A stretch of DNA of 1,372 bases. Origin: Naegleria gruberi (taxonomy: Eukaryota). The notes under the pieces were generated by a model, which was not told the DNA's origin, did not search any database, and saw nothing but the letters and a program-made list of their open reading frames with translations. A program made the position numbers and the translations under genes. Position 1 is the stretch's first letter. Every line of letters begins with the position of its first letter. The stretch lies in the NCBI GenBank assembly GCA_000004985.1, contig GG739438.1, one strand, 5' to 3'. Positions 1 to 1,372 of this stretch are shown here, in pieces.

Positions 1-10
1 TATATATATA
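1..10. repeat. (TA)n dinucleotide microsatellite of at least 5 units, cut by the window start
   Basis: tatatatata occupies 1-10 and may continue upstream of the window. Confidence 0.6.
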
Positions 11-318
11 CATATTGTAATAAATATAGTATGATATCATACCATATAGCCCGTAAATTCATAAGTTGCGTTCCCATCAATCACAATTAAACTGTGTTAA
101 ATTGAATATCAGTTCCTTCTAATTCGCAAAGATTGAAAAATTGAATTTTTGTTTTTATTTCAAATCTGGAAATATATACATATTATACTAATATATAGAC
201 CATTGATCAATATTAATAAAATTATTATCTAATTAACGCAAAGTAAAAAATCAAATCGAAATTTTTTTTTTCACTTTTGTCGTCTTTCGCGCAAAACAAG
301 GGTAACTTAAAGTCACGA

Positions 319-325
319 GGGGGGG
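319..325. repeat. G7 homopolymer tract inside a short GC-richer island (about 276-330)
   Basis: The sequence reads cacgag-ggggggg-tgttgtg. Seven consecutive G in an AT-rich background is unusual, and an A7 run with a TATA-like string (336-345) follows. Confidence 0.8.
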
Positions 326-553
326 TGTTGTGTCATATAAAAAAATCATTATTTAAATAACTCGAAGGTGCACTGCAAATTGTCGGACAAAATAATCCAC
401 TATAATAAACATTGTTTGATGCCAAACGTTCGGGAGGTAGTCCAAACGGAGCAAGTAGGAAGTAAATGCATTTTTGGGAAATACGGGGTTTCGGAGTAAT
501 TTAAAATACTGTTTACAGACCGATTATTTCATCCGACATTATTTGTGGGCTTT

Positions 554-573
554 CCCTTCGAATCCCTTCGAAT
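554..573. repeat. Perfect tandem duplication of the 10-mer CCCTTCGAAT, giving two TTCGAA cores
   Basis: cccttcgaat occurs at 554-563 and again at 564-573. The second TTCGAA (567-572) sits in the same phase as the TTCGAA + A-run + CCC junction between units of the downstream array. Confidence 0.75.
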
Positions 574-584
574 CGGGATAAAAA

Positions 585-620
585 CCCCTACAACTTGTCA
601 ATTAAAGTATATTAATAGGG
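585..620. repeat. Degenerate version of the unit palindrome (copy 1)
   Basis: The sequence is cccctacaacttgtc-aattaa-agtatattaataggg. The left arm and AATTAA centre are conserved. The right arm has diverged so that only the outer cccta/taggg still pair. Confidence 0.5.
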
Positions 621-703
621 TTTTATTATATTAAAAAAGAAAAATATCCCCCAAATTATGAAAAAATATCCAAGTCAGGATTGAAAAATTTTCGAAAAAA
701 AAA
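585..703. repeat. Array copy 1 (degenerate edge copy, 119 bp)
   Basis: It aligns to the consensus over its whole length. Substitutions cluster in the right palindrome arm (agtatattaataggg instead of gacgagttgataggg) and in tatcccccaaattatg versus tactttcccgaacttg. Confidence 0.8.
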
Positions 704-738
704 CCCTACCACTTGTCAATTAAGACGAGTTGATAGGG
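704..738. repeat. 35-bp imperfect palindrome centred on AATTAA (copy 2); hairpin-forming on either strand
   Basis: Left arm ccctaccacttgtc (704-717), loop aattaa (718-723), right arm gacgagttgataggg (724-738). Folded: 13 pairs (one G-T wobble), one C/A mismatch, one bulged T730. An A-run lies 5' and TTTTATT 3'. Confidence 0.65.
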
Positions 739-822
739 TTTTATTATATTAAAAAAAAGAAAATACTTTCCCGAACTTGAAAAAATATCCAAGTCAGGAT
801 TGAAAAATTTTCGAAAAAAAAA
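704..822. repeat. Array copy 2 (119 bp)
   Basis: It matches copies 3 and 4 except for a 9-A junction run (695-703) before CCC. Confidence 0.9.
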
Positions 823-857
823 AACTACCACTTGTCAATTAAGACGAGTTGATAGGG
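823..857. repeat. Same imperfect palindrome (copy 3), with the outer CC replaced by AA
   Basis: aactaccacttgtc-aattaa-gacgagttgataggg. The outer two stem pairs are lost. Confidence 0.6.
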
Positions 858-942
858 TTTTATTATATTAAAAAAAAGAAAATACTTTCCCGAACTTGAA
901 AAAATATCCAAGTCAGGATTGAAAAATTTTCGAAAAAAAAAA
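823..942. repeat. Array copy 3 (120 bp)
   Basis: It matches copies 2 and 4 except that the leading CC is AA (823-824), which lengthens the junction A-run to 11 (814-824). Confidence 0.9.
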
Positions 943-977
943 CCCTACCACTTGTCAATTAAGACGAGTTGATAGGG
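943..977. repeat. Same imperfect palindrome (copy 4)
   Basis: Identical to 704-738. Confidence 0.65.
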
Positions 978-1062
978 TTTTATTATATTAAAAAAAAGAA
1001 AATACTTTCCCGAACTTGAAAAAATATCCAAGTCAGGATTGAAAAATTTTCGAAAAAAAAAA
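943..1062. repeat. Array copy 4 (120 bp)
   Basis: It is identical to the consensus, with a 10-A junction run at 933-942. Confidence 0.9.
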
Positions 1063-1097
1063 CCCTACCACTTGTCAATTAAGACGAGTTGATAGGG
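1053..1097 (-). terminator. Candidate intrinsic-terminator-like structure on the minus strand: hairpin plus a 10-nt U-run, 47 nt downstream of the minus-strand stop codon
   Basis: On the minus strand, hairpin 1097->1063 is followed by TTTTTTTTTT (the complement of A-run 1053-1062). The stem is AT-rich with 2 mismatches and a bulge on this strand, so predicted stability is modest. The same structure recurs once per unit further downstream at 933-977 and 814-857, and in degenerate form at 695-738. Confidence 0.3.
1063..1097. repeat. Same imperfect palindrome (copy 5, the one nearest the minus-strand gene)
   Basis: Identical to 704-738. Confidence 0.65.
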
Positions 1098-1105
1098 TTT
1101 TATTA
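1063..1105. repeat. Array copy 5 (truncated, 43 bp)
   Basis: It matches the consensus from ccctacc through gatagggttttatta, then diverges at 1106 (agcgaac...). Confidence 0.85.
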
Positions 1106-1144
1106 AGCGAACAAAAATAAAGCAATTTTTTTTGTTAGAGAGTC

Positions 1145-1372
1145 CTATTGAATGTTTTTATTTACAGTATTTACAGACATCTTATTACGGTACCAAGATA
1201 ATGCCACTAATGGTCCTCCAGGGGATCGACGAGTAGGAGGTCTTTCACGTTGATTATTTACAGGTTCTTCCTCGGGTTCTTCGTAAGGTACTTCCTCTTG
1301 CTTCCTCTTCCGTTTCAATTCCTTCTCTCTTTGTTCATAAATTCCTTGTTCATGGTTAATTTCTACAGTATT
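1145..1372 (-). CDS. 3' end of a protein-coding gene (5' part lies beyond the window end). Charged low-complexity C-terminal tail, product unknown
   Basis: Minus-strand frame is open for 75 codons from the window edge to TAG (complement of 1145-1147), and the other five frames over the same span contain stops. Translation: ...NTVEINHEQGIYEQREKELKRKRKQEEVPYEEPEEEPVNNQRERPPTRRSPGGPLVALSWYRNKMSVNTVNKNIQ*. No in-frame start lies inside the window other than a Met 11 codons from the end. Confidence 0.65.
   Translation of the reverse strand, partial: NTVEINHEQGIYEQREKELKRKRKQEEVPYEEPEEEPVNNQRERPPTRRSPGGPLVALSWYRNKMSVNTVNKNIQ

Larger units (their letters stand above)
585..1105. repeat. Tandem direct-repeat array with a 119-120 bp unit and about 4.4 copies; non-coding
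   Basis: The motif (c)taccacttgtcaattaagacgagttgataggg recurs at 706, 825, 945 and 1065. Copies 2-4 are identical except at the A-run/CCC junction. Stops occur in all three frames on both strands within each unit: + strand taa, tga, tag; - strand taa, taa, tga. Confidence 0.95.

Noticed and set aside
31-40. 10-bp perfect palindromes ATGATATCAT (31-40) and ATTGATCAAT (202-211)
   Set aside because: A few 10-bp palindromes are expected by chance in about 1.4 kb of AT-rich sequence. Neither is repeated or positioned next to an obvious target.
336-345. TATA box driving a downstream + strand gene
   Set aside because: No + strand ORF follows within the window, as stops occur in all frames through 346-1144. 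It is kept only as a note under the G7 finding.
420-503. Short + strand ORF (ATG...TAA, 27 codons: MPNVREVVQTEQVGSKCIFGKYGVSE)
   Set aside because: It is too short and has no recognisable ribosome-binding site or context. A chance ORF is expected even in a slightly GC-richer patch.
554-573. tRNA or tRNA-derived SINE B-box (TTCGAATCC resembles the T-loop/B-box consensus GGTTCGAATCC)
   Set aside because: The flanking stems do not pair canonically. atccc/gggat pairs only around an 8-nt loop. No acceptor stem, D-arm or A-box could be found in the 75-95 nt upstream.
704-760. Sigma70-type promoter inside the repeat unit (TTGTCA/TTGATA as -35; TATTAT/TATATT on +, TATAAT on - as -10)
   Set aside because: Spacers are wrong (24, 9 or 6 bp on +). 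On the minus strand the perfect TATAAT has no acceptable -35, and a start there would run immediately into the hairpin plus T-run. No coherent promoter-transcript-terminator unit emerges.
704-822. Helically phased A-tracts giving intrinsically bent DNA
   Set aside because: Each unit has A8 (751-758), A6 (780-785), A5T4 (803-811) and A9-11 (814-824). The centre-to-centre spacings (about 28, 22.5 and 14 bp) are not consistent multiples of about 10.5 bp. Curvature is possible but not supported by clean phasing.
585-1105. CRISPR array
   Set aside because: The entire 120-bp unit repeats with no unique spacers between short repeats, and the unit is far longer than CRISPR repeats. No leader-repeat-spacer organisation is present.
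585-1105. Repetitive protein-coding region (an ORF running through the repeats)
   Set aside because: The unit length is 119-120, close to in-frame. However each unit has taa, tga and tag in the three + frames (for example at 719-721, 729-731 and 732-734 in copy 2) and taa, taa and tga covering the three - frames.
585-1105. Transposon or MITE (terminal inverted repeats flanking the array)
   Set aside because: No inverted repeats or target-site duplications are detectable at 575-590 versus 1100-1115. The structure is purely head-to-tail direct repetition.
1145-1372. Alternative reading of the 3' region as + strand exons (ttacag acceptor-like strings at 1161-1166 and 1171-1176)
   Set aside because: All + frames contain stops shortly downstream (for example tag at 1234-1236, tga at 1251-1253, taa at 1284-1286). 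The single long open frame is on the minus strand.

Overview
This 1372-bp window is strongly A+T-rich (by eye about a quarter to a third G+C) and almost entirely non-coding. Positions 1-584 have frequent stop codons in all six frames. The longest ORF there is 27 codons and I treat it as chance. Positions 585-1105 are a head-to-tail tandem array of a 119-120-bp unit: one degenerate edge copy, three near-identical full copies and a 43-bp truncated copy. The copies differ essentially only in the length of a homopolymeric A-run at the unit junction. All three frames on both strands are closed within the unit, so the array is non-coding. Every unit contains a 35-bp imperfect palindrome centred on AATTAA (13 pairs, one mismatch and one bulge when folded). 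An A9-11 run lies immediately 5' of it and a T-run 3', so on either strand it reads as a hairpin followed by T/U. Every unit also contains a perfect 10-bp palindrome TTTTCGAAAA at the unit junction. Positions 1145-1372 on the minus strand are the 3' end of a CDS that runs off the window edge: 75 sense codons followed by TAG. The predicted C-terminal tail is charged and low-complexity, with a KRKRK cluster, an acidic EEPEEEP stretch and a Pro/Arg-rich stretch. I cannot assign the source organism from sequence alone. The composition and homopolymers (A11, G7) fit a low-GC bacterium, phage or plasmid spacer. They fit equally an organelle, an AT-rich large DNA virus (the array resembles a homologous-repeat or origin-type region) or an AT-rich eukaryote. 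The repeat array is the main object of interest. Candidate roles are a replication-origin or iteron/hr-like element, or a stack of bidirectional intrinsic-terminator-like hairpins directly downstream of the minus-strand gene. It is not a CRISPR array. All functional readings are inference.
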